From positions 1 to 55,105 of the forward strand of contig CDMY01000541.1 of assembly GCA_001179505.1 (NCBI GenBank): a stretch of 55,105 nucleotides of DNA, given 5' to 3'. This DNA is from Vitrella brassicaformis CCMP3155 (taxonomy: Eukaryota > Protista > Chromerida). Shown one piece after another: positions 11,470 through 24,689 of the stretch (the stretch's first letter is position 1; every line of letters begins with the position of its first letter). The position numbers and the translations under genes were made by a program. Below the pieces are notes generated by a model. The model was not told where the DNA came from, did no database searches, and saw only the letters and a list, made by a program, of their open reading frames with translations.

Positions 11470-13704
11470 TGAGGACAGCAGCCTGACGGCAGATCAGTGC
11501 GGCACAGTGGCTAAACTCGGCAGCGACCCAGGTCTCCGCTGCTGCTTTGGTCGTGGGCGGAGCCATCGAGGCACTGCCAGGCCCATCCACTGCTGAGGTC
11601 AGGAGCACGGACGACACAGCGCACAGGCAGCTATATGCAAGATTCGACTGTCGTGTTGTTTGTGCATGCTGATGATGGTGTCAGGAAACTGTGGCTGATG
11701 GAGGTGCTGCCATAGCAGCCTGCGTTCCGACTGATGTATGTGTCGGGCAAGCAGCCAAGCGACGAGGGACCGGTACAAACGGACAGACAGGCAGACACCC
11801 TATTCTCCATTGCATCCGGCTGGTCTCTTATCTCGGCTTTTGCATCAATCAGGCGTCCCTTTGTCTCTGTCCCGACGAGCTGGCGGCCCTGTTCGGCTAT
11901 CATCAGCCATGACACCTGACACACGCAGCACCAGCGCTCGGCCACACCATCTTCAGCTGGGCGGCCGCCAACTGCACCCACCTCGTCATCGAGGATCGGA
12001 CAAGGGCGGTGTGCGGCACACCTGGGAGAAGATGCCGCTTGCCGTGGCATACAAGTGGTGACAGCGCGAGGCCCTCTTGGAGGGCTGCCTCTGGGCCACG
12101 ACGGCCAGTCGATGCTGTTTGGCGCCTTTCGAGCAGCCGCTGCTTCCACTCTATTTCACGGCGGGCAGTCCGACTGTCCGCTGTTCCCTCTGGACATGCC
12201 TGCCAACCTCGAGGGCGAGTCGCCGCTGTGGAGTTTGCAAGATCCGGAGCAGCCGCGGCCTTTCGGCCTCAACGTGCTCATGCCACTATTCGACACTGAG
12301 GAGCACACGAGCCACTGCAGGTACGTCCTCAGTCGAAAGCGCCCGTCACCGCCGCCCCTTGGCATCATGACACAAGAGACTTGAAGAGGTCCAACGAGCG
12401 GAAGCTGTTATACACTCCTCCGTCTTCACCCCTTCCTGCAGCCGCCGCAAGGCCGAGCGGCATTTCGGAGAGGCAACTGGTCATCGCGTTGCGCTGGTGG
12501 GCTAGGGGGGGCCTCTGGGGGTGGCAGACACTCACACCCTCATGGAGGGCAGCATGGTGGGCGAGTTGCCNNNNNNNNNNNNNNNNNNNNNNNNNNNNNN
12601 NNNNNNNNNNNNNNNNNNNNNNNNNNNNNNNNNNNNNNNNNNNNNNNNNNNNNNNNNNNNNNNNNNNNNNNNNNNNNNNNNNNNNNNNNNNNNNNNNNNN
12701 NNNNNNNNNNNNNNNNNNNNNNNNNNNNNNNNNNNNNNNNNNNNNNNNNNNNNNNNNNNNNNNNNNNNNNNNNNNNNNNNNNNNNNNNNNNNNNNNNNNN
12801 NNNNNNNNNNNNNNNNNNNNNNNNNNNNNNNNNNNNNNNNNNNNNNNNNNNNNNNNNNNNNNNNNNNNNNGGGGCAAGGGTCTGCTGTGCTACGAGGCGC
12901 GAGGCACATATGAGCGGCACACCTGCATGATCACCCCGATTCGCAGATGCGCTGCCTTCCTCGAAACAAGTAAGCAGAGGACAGTTCAGACAAACACTTG
13001 ACAGACACACATTGGATTCCTTACCTGTGTTGTGTGATGTATGTGTAGCGCAGAGGAGCAGACAATTACCGTGAAGGACCCGAGCGATCCTGATTTCCAC
13101 ACCCCCGCCGCCGTGAGAGGACAACTGACTAAGTGAGTGGCATTTGTGGCGGTGCAATACATTCCATGGCATTCGTGCGCCATGGGTCCCTGCCTGTCGG
13201 TCTGCTTGGGGGGTTGTGTGTATTCATGGGTAGCGCTCTGCAGCATTCTCTAATGCGGACCTGCCTGTCTGTCGAGTGCTCTTACAGAGAGATCATGCGT
13301 GTGTGTTTGGGTACTCACTGCCTGTGTTTATGTGGTTGTTGTGTCATGAAGGCAGCGATCGCATGTCTTTTTGTATTGTTGTCTCGTGAGCCCCATGTGG
13401 CGCATTGCCGGCTGGATGGATGGATGTGGGTTTGTGGGCAAGTACCTCAGCCAAAGAGAGAGATAGAGAGAGGTGTACACACGAGTGCACGCCCGGAGGT
13501 ACATACCTGCCTGCCTTGACTGATGCAGACTGCATACATGTAATGGGCAGTACTGTGTTGGACGCCATACGCATCAACTGCTTGTCCCACTTGTGGGTTT
13601 TGGTCCCGTGCGTGTATTTGTACACGTATGTGTACGTCAGCCAGGTACTCTGCTGCTATCGGGATGCATGGATGCGTAGGGATTTTGTTTTGGAGGTCGG
13701 CTGA
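11470..13704 (+). pseudogene. Decayed member of a lineage-specific F-box-like expanded family (spans an N gap)
   Basis: Reads CPDELAALFGYHQP*HLTHAAPALGHTIFSWAAANCTHLVI, then after a frameshift WEKMPLAVAYKW. In-frame TGA at 11910-11912. Several GT-AG-bounded exon-like blocks follow to 13704. The layout resembles the ORF at 46.7-47.7 kb. Confidence 0.45.
12571..12870. other. Assembly gap (300 N); identical-size gaps at 26174-26473, 29116-29415, 30798-31097 and 37267-37566
   Basis: All five runs are exactly 300 N, so they are placeholders and reading frames across them are not meaningful. Confidence 0.98.
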
Positions 13705-14038
13705 CGTTTTTTCGTGCAGAGATTTTATTGAATCGTGCGTGCGAGGACGATGTTGCGGTCGATGTGAGGACAATGATTTGCCGCTCGAATGATCGAGTCT
13801 CTGCACAAAATCTGTACACCACAAAACATCTACAAAACACATGACACCTCACATGTCTATGCCTCGCTGTTCGTCGGCATTCAAAAATAGCAGCACGTGA
13901 CACAGCTACCATCAAAAAATACACTCATCGATGGACCAATGCGGCAACTTAATTGTCTCCCCTTTCATGCGTCCAATGAAGGCAGGCCTCCATTCCCTCC
14001 TCCCGACATAGTGAGGAGGGCGCTTTGCTCTCCCTCCC

Positions 14039-15405
14039 TCACTCAATGCGAACACGGAAGGACGATGGCCTGGGTATCGGCCACTGAGGGAAAACATCTC
14101 TCAGGAAATTGAGACATGCGTTGCGTCGCCCCGAGCTGTTGTGGCTTTTGGTCAACGCATCATTTCCCTGCGGCCCTTCTTTGACCTCGACGTCCTCGAC
14201 AATCACACCTGTACACAGAGAGACATTATGCAGCCGTCAGGCAGACACGTTGGATGGATGGATGGCTGGCTGGATGGTTCGTCATGTTGGCTTACATGCC
14301 TCCTCTTCGTCACCATTCAGGTGCGCCGCGACCCAATTGAAGCATACGTCTTCGCAATTGAGTTCTCCGTTGATGAAGTCGATGACAGGCCTGCACACAA
14401 ATGCACCGTCATGACTTGATGTACATTGCTCGAGCGCTACTCGAGCGTCTTGCCTAGGTATGAGTCTCCTGTACGCATCCATCAGTGACGTAGGCACAAG
14501 AGCAGCACTTGTCAAAGCCATGTTGTCCTCTTGCCTCTCTGTGGGATACAGCAACGTGTCTGAGCCGATGACACATTTATGAATCGATCGCCGCACCTTC
14601 AGAGGGCCGATGATTCGCTGAGGGAAGCGCTGAGCTGCCAAAAGGAGCTTGGGGATCTCGGCTGCATGAATGAAGGCAGCAGCGTGAGAACAATGCAGCG
14701 TTGGATGGATCATTCTGTGGTGACGGTGCCTACCGCAATGCAGGAACTTGTCGTCGTCCAGCACGAGTGTGAAGGGGGTCTGGATGTGCTCAGCAACAAA
14801 GTACCTCTCCCCCAGCCCTCTGTCTCCCGGCAAGATGCGCGCCTTGGTCGTGTTGAATTTCGTGAGATGGTTGTGCAGCTCATTGCGAAAGGCCTCCAGA
14901 GATTTCCCAGGGGGAGTCCATGTATCGAGGACAATCTCTCGGACGAAGCTGCAGTCTTCAAGACGCGGAACGAGAGAACGCAACGCACGGAACGCACGGA
15001 ACGGTCCCATCCGCACAGCCACGCTTACAGACTCCTGCACGGCGGACACAGAGTGCCGTTCTGCGCTGCTTCTGATTTGCTCTTGTACCACACCTGGAGG
15101 TCTTGTATCGCAGTGTCGTTCATCCTCAAAGTCAGCGTACTGGACCCACCGGGTGAGCCTTTCCTTCTTATGTGGGATGCGAACCTACATCGGCCGGGCC
15201 CAGTATAATCGGGGAACCACTGATCCAATGTCACCGTCCTCAATGCAGAGAAGTCGTGATCTCCTCCAGCTGCGGCAGCCTGTCTGAGGCCGTTCCAAGT
15301 CCTCCGCCTCAACATTTGGAGCAGCAGCAGGGCTGTTGTTCCCGAGAGAAGCGCCATGAGCATGATCCGGAACGAAAAGCAAATCTGCTTCGCGTGGGCA
15401 TGCAT
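14039..15405 (-). CDS. Glycosyltransferase family 64 (EXTL2/exostosin C-terminal-like), type II membrane protein
   Basis: N-terminal TM segment IMLMALLSGTTALLLLQML. Motifs HIQTPFTLVLDDD (DxD), RFPQRIIG, MALTSAALV, LNCEDVCFNWVAA and RNACLNFLRDVF; TGA stop at 14039-14041. Confidence 0.85.
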
Positions 15406-15861
15406 GGCCGCATTCGGAAGCCGCCGTGTGTGTGGCACACCGCACTGGGGATCTCCGCGCGCATAGAGGCGATTGCTCAGGGTGGACGGATATAGTGCGG
15501 CGAAAGCCACACTGTATGGCGCCAACGGTTTTTGTAAATTCGGGTGTGCGGTGTGCAGATTTGTAGTTGTGAGGCTTAGGAAAGCAGAAACAAACCCGTC
15601 GCACCACGTGACATGTACACATGTACCATAAATCAACTGCATGAGCACACATGTGTACACTGAGTGGTTGTTGCTACGTACTACGCGCATAGTCTAAATG
15701 TAGCCGCACAATGCGGACCACAGGGCCGAAAAAGGGGAAAAAGCGACTACCACTTTCTGGCGAAGAACAGCGGTGCAAAAAAAAACCGACAACCGCGAAC
15801 TTGCCAAGAATGTCATGTAGAGAACCCAAGGCTACACATACAACCCACCATATCTACACAG

Positions 15862-18340
15862 CTAGCTGGTGTCGACGACAGTGTTGTCCTCTGAAAGGGC
15901 CACGAATGAAGCCACTTGTGAATCGTTTGCAATGTTTTGTGCTCTGATGCCCATCACGCGGTCTGCAGATGCAAGGAAAATGCAGAGAAAAAAGAAGACA
16001 TCCACTGTGGACAATTGCATGTACATACAGAAACCTTACCAAGTGGGCCAAGGTCTCGTTGAGCAGCGTTTGTGCCACTTGTCGGCCACTGCAGCACCTC
16101 AATTGCATGGGCTTCGAACTCCGCCATGGTAACATTGTAGCCCCACCTACAAGCCCACACGATCGTTGACGATGTCCCCTCTTGCCTCATGCATTGTTCC
16201 ATTTGTTTAGTCTCCTTACACAAAGACGGTACACGATGAGAGATCCCGCTTCAGCCCGTCTTCAGCCATGCGATAGCTCCCCAATCCATTCGCCGTAGTA
16301 AGGTTCACGTATGAATGCAGTGGCTCAAGCAGCCCCCACTCTTCCGGCGACAATTCTGACACACCACCAACGCTATCGGCGGCAAACAGCGAGAAATGGC
16401 TGTCATGCGGGCTGCTGATATTATGGGCGATGACAAGCACAGCTGAATGAGCCTCCACGTTATTGTTGAAGTCGTCGAATGTGCGATAGAAGTGTGCGGG
16501 TATTTGCAACTTTCTCAGAGCAGAAGCATTGCCGTCGGAAGATGTAATAGCGCTCGACCAACGGCAACGACGGTTGAGCATGCTGTTGCTGCCTCCATCG
16601 ATGGGATCGATGGGCTGTCGTACAGGCACAGTATCATCGAACCCATCAGGACACTCTATGATCCAAGAAGGGATGCTGCAGTTGGATCGCGTTGTTTGGT
16701 CTTCGACGAGCCCCCAGGTGTCTTGATACAAGATAAACGCCTCAGTGGCCCACTCAGCCGTCACGCGATCGATAAAGTGACCGTCCTCTTCGCCTTTCAT
16801 CTCCTCCCTATGTGGCGCCTCTTCCGTAGTGACGACAAGAGCCGAGGATGCATTAATCATAATCGCGTTTCGAGCCTGAACGGCAGCAGCATTACACGCG
16901 TCTGGTCGGTAGCTGTCTATCTTTTCTTCTTGCCTACCGTGTACGTCGCCACTCCACTGGACGTGTTCCTGAAGACTTCCACCCTGTAGCGAGCCGCCGA
17001 CGCATTGCCACCCTGTGCTGGGCTGGCGTTGCTCATGGGATAGAGGGTGAAATTCATGATGCCAAGAGCAGCGTCTTGTCCCATGAAGGCCCCCCAGCCG
17101 CGACACGGTCCACGTTTGGCGTCATAAATGGGTTCTACAAAGGCGTTTAAATCCGCCGGCGTCCCAGACCATTGCCAATACCTATCATGAGTCTGCAGAA
17201 ACAACGCTCACACCTCCAATTTCCAGTGCTTCTGATCCGTGTGGGGCTCCTTACGATTTCTGCTCCAGGGTATATCGGCTTCGTCAAGCCCTATAACATC
17301 GTCAACATGTGCGATCTGCAGCAACCGATGAGGCTTTCGCTCATGAAGCAGGTCGACATGCACTCCTAGCAGTGACAGCAGCCATACACAGCGACATTTT
17401 TCCTCAATCACTGTCGGTGTGTCGCCTGTGTGTGTGACCAGTGAGTAGAGCGCTGTCTGATCCATTGAAGTAGACGATGCTCTCGTTGTACAGCCGATAA
17501 GCCTCTCTCAAGGTATCCAGCTCCTCCAGAGGCATCAAGCGCTCCACCTCAGCCTCCAAGTGATGCAGCAGATGGCCCATGTCCACTGGATTTGCGAGGA
17601 CTTGACGGAATAGCGATTCTTTGTGAGCGCGCAGGCTGTCGTCAGCCTTCTGGTAGGCCGTGCGAATGCGGTCGACCTCGTATGTCTCAACGCACGTGTT
17701 GAGTCGCTCGGCGAGACTCCTTTGGCTGGCGGCAAACGCCTTGCGGAACTCGCGTTGTTTGTGGAGGTCCACGATAGCGAGGTTCATCACACCTTGCTGC
17801 CCCATGTGGTTGTCCACTGTTGCACGAGCGATGCTCTCGGCGTAGTCCAAAGGCGTGGTCGGCTTGCCGTCACGTGTTGTTGGTCTCAGAGAACGCCAAT
17901 CCCAACCAGCGCCGCTAACGAGGGTCTCGCTGCCTACACGGCAGCACAACGAAAGACGCACGATACGTAAAGAAGCAGAGCGGCTTCGCTCCTGTGCGTG
18001 TCGTCTGTTACCGAGGAAGCAGTGCCCATGTGAGGACAGTGCGGAGATGACCTCGTATGAGCTCATCAGGCACGCATCGAATGAGAGCAAGTCAAAGCGA
18101 AAGCCATCAGGCATGCCCGCATCATTGATTCCTCCCTACAGGAAAAAGACAAGAAATTGAGTGGTCAGGGCCGTTTGATTCGATGTCTTTCTGCTTACCC
18201 TGATGGCCTGCTCGAGAGAGAAGTGAGCCATCAGGGATCCCGATTGACCGCTCTGAGAGTCGCCGCCAAACCTGCCCAGAAACACCATGCAGCCCACCGA
18301 AGGATGACGCTCTGCAACCTCATGTGTGACAATTCATTCA
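15862..18340 (-). CDS. Clostripain-like (peptidase C11) protein with a long C-terminal extension; 5' part not found
   Basis: FGGDSQ...FDLLSFDACLMSSYEVISAL...SETLVSGAGWDW...NLAIVDL matches the C11 region around the catalytic Cys (18064-18081). Downstream exons run to TAG at 15862-15864. One junction near 16.92 kb has no clean phase solution. Confidence 0.7.
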
Positions 18341-18508
18341 TTCGGAATGCGCGTACTCAGTCTGTACATACATAGACCAGCCAGCCCATTTATGGCTTGA
18401 TAATGCATCCATGTGATGTACACCGATGTCAAGCCAATGGTTGAGCGGACACTCGCACACGTACACCACTCATTCCCACCCACCCACATATCATCCATCT
18501 CTCGTCAT

Positions 18509-20928
18509 TCACTTCCCCTTCCTCCCACTCCCCTTGCCCCTCACCGGCGGCCACTCCCTCTCCACCTTGCCCCGCTCACCCGGCCGCACACACGACACAT
18601 ACTCGCTTATGAGGAAGTGCGGCGCACTCGACCACATCGACACCAAAGCGGACCGGCTGCTCACGTTGGCCGCCTGCAGAGCCCTTACCAGCTGCTGCTG
18701 GGGGTGCTGATGGGGGGAGGCACGGTCCTTCCCTCCCCCTTTGCTGCTGCTGACCAGGAACGGGGTCCACTTCCGCATTGACGTTACCACAAGGCCTTCG
18801 AGCAAGGCAGCTGCAAACACCTGCACCAAGACGCAGAGAGAGAGAGAGAGAGAGATTTGGGGGAGGGAAGTCTTGTGTGTGTGTGACGGTCTGTCTCACT
18901 CTCACCTGGTATCTGAGGTCGGATTGTGTGTGCGTCGCGGCCATGTCGGTCTCCATGCCCTCCACCAGCCAATGGTCCAGCAAGGTGTACACGGGGATCA
19001 CAAACACACTATCCGGTCGCTAGAGGGCAGATACCTGCACACACGAACAGACACACACAGACAGTGGTGCGTCCTTGGTCTCCCTGTGTGTGTGTGTGTG
19101 TGTGCTGACTTTTGTTTAGGCATTTTGAGAATGTTGGTCTTGTCGATAGCGGGCGAGTCGATGCGAGCAAGCGCCAGCGGGTCGATAGCTAGACACTCCC
19201 TGCAGACAGACAGACAGACAGACATGGGTGGACTGATGGATGGATGCGAATGGTGTGTGTGCGGCACCTGATGAAGTGTTGGCAGTTCGAGGAAATGATC
19301 TGATTGTATGCTATCAGAGAAGGGCGTGGCCTAAACACACCATATATACACATACACATGTCGGCACACGCACAGAGACAGAGAACGTTTCAGCACGCTT
19401 GCGGATGTCCATTGTGCCTGTGTCACCCACCTGGTGTGGTATAGGTTTGAGTTGACGTGAATGTACGCGCGCTGCGACACCGCCACATCGTCGCCACCAC
19501 CACCGCTGCCGTCATCACTCAGCCGGGAAAGCTCAGCACACCTATACACACATCCATCCACAGACACGGGTGCACCAATGCGTGTGTATGGGTAGCTAGC
19601 TACCTGTAGTAGCTCCTCTTTCCCACACTGGTGACGCTGTCGACGCGCAGGGCGATGTGGTCGACAGGCCCTCCAGTACACAGTCGTGCAGACAAAGCGC
19701 CCGATGTTGACACAGGTCACAAAAAATGTGTTGTGGTGTGTTGTGGTTGTGTTGCGGTTGTGTGCATGTCACCTGCTCTTTGTTTGGCGGCAGTGGGGCG
19801 ATCGGCAGATCTATTTCCACATCCCTGTGTGCGCATTGACACTCATAAATCCCGTCGTTTGCACTCTTTCCCTCCCTCCCTTCCCAGCCCACTCACGTAC
19901 TTGCATTTATCTTTGATGATTCTGGCCAGCTGCTGTGCCAGCGAGTACACCTCTTTCATCGCACGCTCCTTGACCATATGACTGGCACAAAACGACTCCC
20001 TTTTATACGCATGCGTGCACACACACACACACACACACACACAGAGGCATGCATCTATTGCTCTCCCTCTCCCTCTGTCTGTGCGCGTGCACGTGTTGCT
20101 GACTTGTCGTGTGCGTGTGCGTATGCGCCAGTGACCCATATGAGCGCATCGATGTCGGACGGCAGCGTGCGCCAGTGGGGCACATTGACGCTGACACCAC
20201 CACCACCACCATCTGCACGCTTCGACGGCAATAATGGTGGCTCCTCCTCACCCTACACACATACATACCAACACCCACCATTGTGTGACGTGGGTGTATG
20301 TTCTCCCCCTCTTCGTGGGTGTGTGGTGTCAAGCACACCTCTTCAATGTCCATATCCATCATCTCAAGGCCGCCCTCCTGCTCCTGGCCATGGGCGCTCT
20401 CCCTCTTCCTCTTGCCGCTGCTGCCGTCAGGGGCAGTGTGGTGGCGCCTCTCAAATGCGGTCTGGTCGGAACACATTGCCCACAGACAGAGCCGCCACTA
20501 GCATGCAGGCATGGTCAATCACCGGCACTGACAACGACTGAGACCTGCACACACAAAGGGAGAAAAGAGCAGCAGTAACTAATCTCTCTCCTTTTCTCGC
20601 CTCTTTTCTCCATTGGTTGGTTGCTGGCTCACTTCTGCACTGCCGTGAGCATCATCTTGGCGTATCGCGATGGGGAGGCTGGCCATGCGCTCGCCCATCC
20701 TGGTGCAGCGCACACCACCCTCCTTCTCCTTGTTGTTTCTGCCTTTTCCTGTGGTGCTTGAGCCTTGTGTGATGGCAGAGAGCATGATGAGCCGCTCCTT
20801 GGCCGCGTTGGTGGCCGACGGTCTGGGCGGGGTGGGGAAGGGGGAAGATGAGAGATGTGGGATGCCTGAATTGACAACACAGACACGTGCATGCCCATGT
20901 GTGCATCTATCTCTCTCTATCTCTCTCT

Positions 20929-20959
<31 letters not shown>

Positions 20960-23900
20960 CCGAGTGATGCCATGAAGAGGAGCACACTGTCGACAGGTGC
21001 GGCGAGTATGTCGACGGGCGGGTACTGCGTGAAGTGATTCTCATACACGGCAGACGAATACAAACGATAGCAGTGACCCGGACCATCACGACCTACATCA
21101 CATCCACACAAACAGGACACAGTGATGCGCACGGATGGCGTGGCCATGTGTGTGGCCATGTGTGTATGTGTATCTGCTCTTCCAGCCCTCTGGTCGGCAC
21201 TGGCCTTCGAGACCCACTGGACAGAGAAGAAGGACACGCCCATCGACTGCAGGTACCTCCGGCGCTTCTCCTTGCCGCAATCTACCACATACCTGTGTGT
21301 GTGTACACATTCGCACACACCATATACACACACATGTACACACCCACAAAGCGGAGCATACCCACCGGATGTTAGGCAGTGTCACTGACGTCTCAGCCAC
21401 ATTCGTGGCCACCACCACCACACGCTTGTCCGCAGGCGGATCACGAAACGCCCGGATCTGACACCCACACACACAACTAACACAATACAACACAACACCG
21501 ATGCGCCTTTCTCGTCATGTCGGCCCTCCATGCACCGACCTGGTGTTCGGCGCTCATTGATGCATACAGCAGAATGACCTCCATCCGCCCCTCCCCGTCA
21601 CACCCCAGCCACCGCGCTCCGCCGGTCTGCCGTGCGCGTCGGCTGGTGGTGTCCTTTTGGTCGAAGTCGGTGGTCTGCGGGCCGTCGTGCATGGTCTTGA
21701 CGGTCTTGAGGGGATGCTCCTCGTCTGACAGCCGGTAGGTGTCCAGATGGATGGTGTCCGGTTGCTGCGGTGGCTGTGGTGGGTGGGGATGGTCTGCATC
21801 TGCATGGATGTCATCCTGGTCATGGTCACTGCTGGTGCCTGAGTCTTGATCTGACGACTCTTCGGACTCTTCCCCCTCTAGACGGAATGTGTCTTCGTTT
21901 TGCCCATCGCCTTGGGTCTGTGGTGGGTGGCTGGCGCTGCTGGTCGTAGTCGGGGCGGCGTGATGGGGGTGTTGTGTTGCGGAGCATGTTTGCGATGCGG
22001 TGCACCTCCCGCTGACCGGTGGCGAAGACCAACACGCTGCCCGATGGGAGCTTCCTACACGTGAGGATACATACATGTATCGTGTGTTGTGTTGTGGTTT
22101 CCGTGAACGAATACCTGTGTATCTCTCTGACTTTCTTGACGGCGCTCTTGACGTAATCGGTGTGCGTCACGCGGTCGAAATGCACCTGAATTATCAATCG
22201 ACACCCACACATACACACACAGCATGCACCCACGCCCATGCTCGTGTCTGTATCTGTATGGTCCTCACGGTGACGGGATGTGCCTTGGCGTCGATGGAAA
22301 TGACGGGTGGGGGTGTGGGGAACAGACGCTTGTTGTCGGTGAAGTCACACAGGCGCAGCGTCGCTGACATTATCACCAGCCTGTACACACCATCACACAC
22401 AAACACACAGGTCAATGCGGGTGCTGTGTGTTAGTCGGCATTCGGCCATTCATTGCCTGACTTACTTGAGTGGCGGGAGCGTAGCGTCAGGCTTGTCGGC
22501 CATCTCGCGACGCAGACGAAGAGTTCGGGACAGCAAACCTACCCACACAACATGGTACGCAAAAAAGTGCAGCGTGTGGTGTGAGCACGTGCATGGATGT
22601 CTCGGTGTGAGTGTACGTACCGATGAGGATATCGCAGTTGACGGACCGCTTATGCGCCTTTTCCAGCACTATCGCACTGTACCGCCTACAAAAACACACA
22701 CACGCGCACGCAGGTACACGTTGCGGAGACCCTCCCCATGTTCACACCCATACTTACTTGCACAGGAAGTCGTTTTGTATCTCCTTGAGCAGAATGCCGT
22801 CCGTCATGAATTTGGGACGACAAGAAGGACCGCAGTGAGACCGGTCATAACGCACCTGCACGACACACACACACACGTACATATGCACACACAGAGCCTT
22901 TGTGAACGACCACCCACCCACCCACCCACCCACCTGGTAGCCCACGGCTTCTCTCATGTTCATCTCCTCTCCCACCCGCCGGCAGATCGATATCGCCGCC
23001 ACGCGACGCGGCTGAGTGATCCCTATCATGTACCCACCATCACCATCAGTACCACCTGGACCACACAGCCCCGCCTCATAAAGGAACTGAGGCACCTGTG
23101 TGGACTTGCCGCACCCCGTGTCGCCCGACACGATGACCACGTCGTGCTCCCTCACGGCCTCGACGATCTCACGCTCCATCATACACGCAGGCAGCCGCAG
23201 ACGCTGCTCATCGATGTGCGGCGGTCGGTGCAGCAGCACGTGACGAGTGGCGCCCGCCCACCAGACACTGCGGGACGGCTGCTTCTGCTGCTGGGGGGCA
23301 GGGAGAGGGGGAGGGAAGGGGGTTGGTGGCGGCTCGCTCTTGACGGCGGGTTTGTGGTGCTCGGGGTCGCTGTTGTCGTCTGCTGTTGGTCAGCGGTATT
23401 GTGTTGGGGTTTCTTGGGTCGGGTGGTTGGAGGGGGTGGGGAGGGAGAGAGGGCATCCTACAACCAATCACACATTCACACAGACACACAAAGATGCGCA
23501 CGTGCGCATGTGGCACGTGTCCGGGCAAAGTCACTCACCTCGGCCATTCGCTGCTGCATCCGCTTCTCCTTCCTGTGTGGACGGACAGCACACATCTCCC
23601 ATGGGACCGCTTTCCCCTCCTTTCTCAGCTGACCTCTTTCGCTTCTTGTCTACCTCATCCGCAATGCTCCGAGAAATGTCCAAACCTACACATACGTGCA
23701 CATGTATTCAATCAGACAGACAGACAGGCGATTGTCTATAGTATCTGACCGGCTTCGTGCTGTCGTTTGACGAGCTCCACTTTCCGCCTCTTGGTGCGTC
23801 AACGCCGTCGGCTGAAGCAACGATAGATGCTCTGATTGACACACGCAGCAGCAGCAAAGGGGAGGAATGAACATCCATAGTGGGATGTGGTTGTCTGACT

Positions 23901-24252
23901 GGCTGACCAGGTTTGAGTGCGTATTTCCTGAGCTCCTCGAACACCGCCTCACTCTTCTCTGCCGCTTCGTGCTTGCGCTGATTGACACACACACACACAC
24001 ACAATTACACAGACAGACACATGGACATGCATGACATCTACTTGTTCATTCTTACCTTGACTGTTCGATCTTTCTTCTCTTCCTCTTGCTCATTTTCTTC
24101 TCCTCTGGCTTTGGCTCATCGTCCTGCCTGTTGTTCTTGGGATGCTTGGCTCGGTGGATCTGCCGACGCGCCTCCCTCGACGACGGCAAGATCAACTGAT
24201 TCGTGTCATCCGTCACATCCGTGTCCATTGCCAACGACGTCAAGCCATTCAT
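18509..24252 (-). CDS. DHX37: DHX37/Dhr1-like DEAH-box RNA helicase with degenerate motif II (EKAH)
   Basis: Motifs [71 protein letters not shown] and [11 protein letters not shown]-terminal [11 protein letters not shown] and [12 protein letters not shown]...EWPP are typical of DHX37. TGA stop at 18509-18511. Confidence 0.9.
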
Positions 24253-24689
24253 CTTCCCTGTGATCTATACATACTCGGCTAACTTGACAGCTCGCCACCA
24301 GCCCACCAGCCAGAGAACCCTCACCTACCCGGCGGCCTCTCGGGTTAGACGCTGCGGGAAAATCTATACATGCCTGTGCTCCACAGCTGGGGTCCGGGGA
24401 GGTTGGTTGGTTGGTTATTGTGTTTAACGAGACTCGTGTCTGTAACCCCGGAGGGGATCCTGTCCATATCACGCACTAAACTAGCAGCATGCACATGCAT
24501 AGAAGCATGCACACGGCCTATCTCCCCATCCCACCCAACCGCTCGACATGCACGTGCCACCCTATGATGGTCAGAAAAATCGCTGTGGACACCGGCTGCA
24601 CATATACGAGAAGACAGCCAGACATATGCATGACGGGCAGAGGCTACCTATACGAGAAGACAGCCAGACATATGCATGACGGACAGAGG

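Noticed and set aside
11910-11912. Possible TGA=Trp genetic code
   Set aside because: TGA terminates the GT64 and DHX37 models at their expected C-termini, and TAG also appears at a Trp position, so nonsense mutation is the simpler reading.
12365-13172. Long ORFs spanning N runs (also at 26.0-26.7, 28.9-29.6, 30.5-31.4 and 36.5-37.7 kb)
   Set aside because: The gaps are fixed 300-N placeholders, so length and frame across them are artefacts.
15664-15947. Lys-rich ORFs with CQECH
   Set aside because: They overlap the 3' end of the clostripain-like gene on the other strand and have no complete zinc-finger or splice support.
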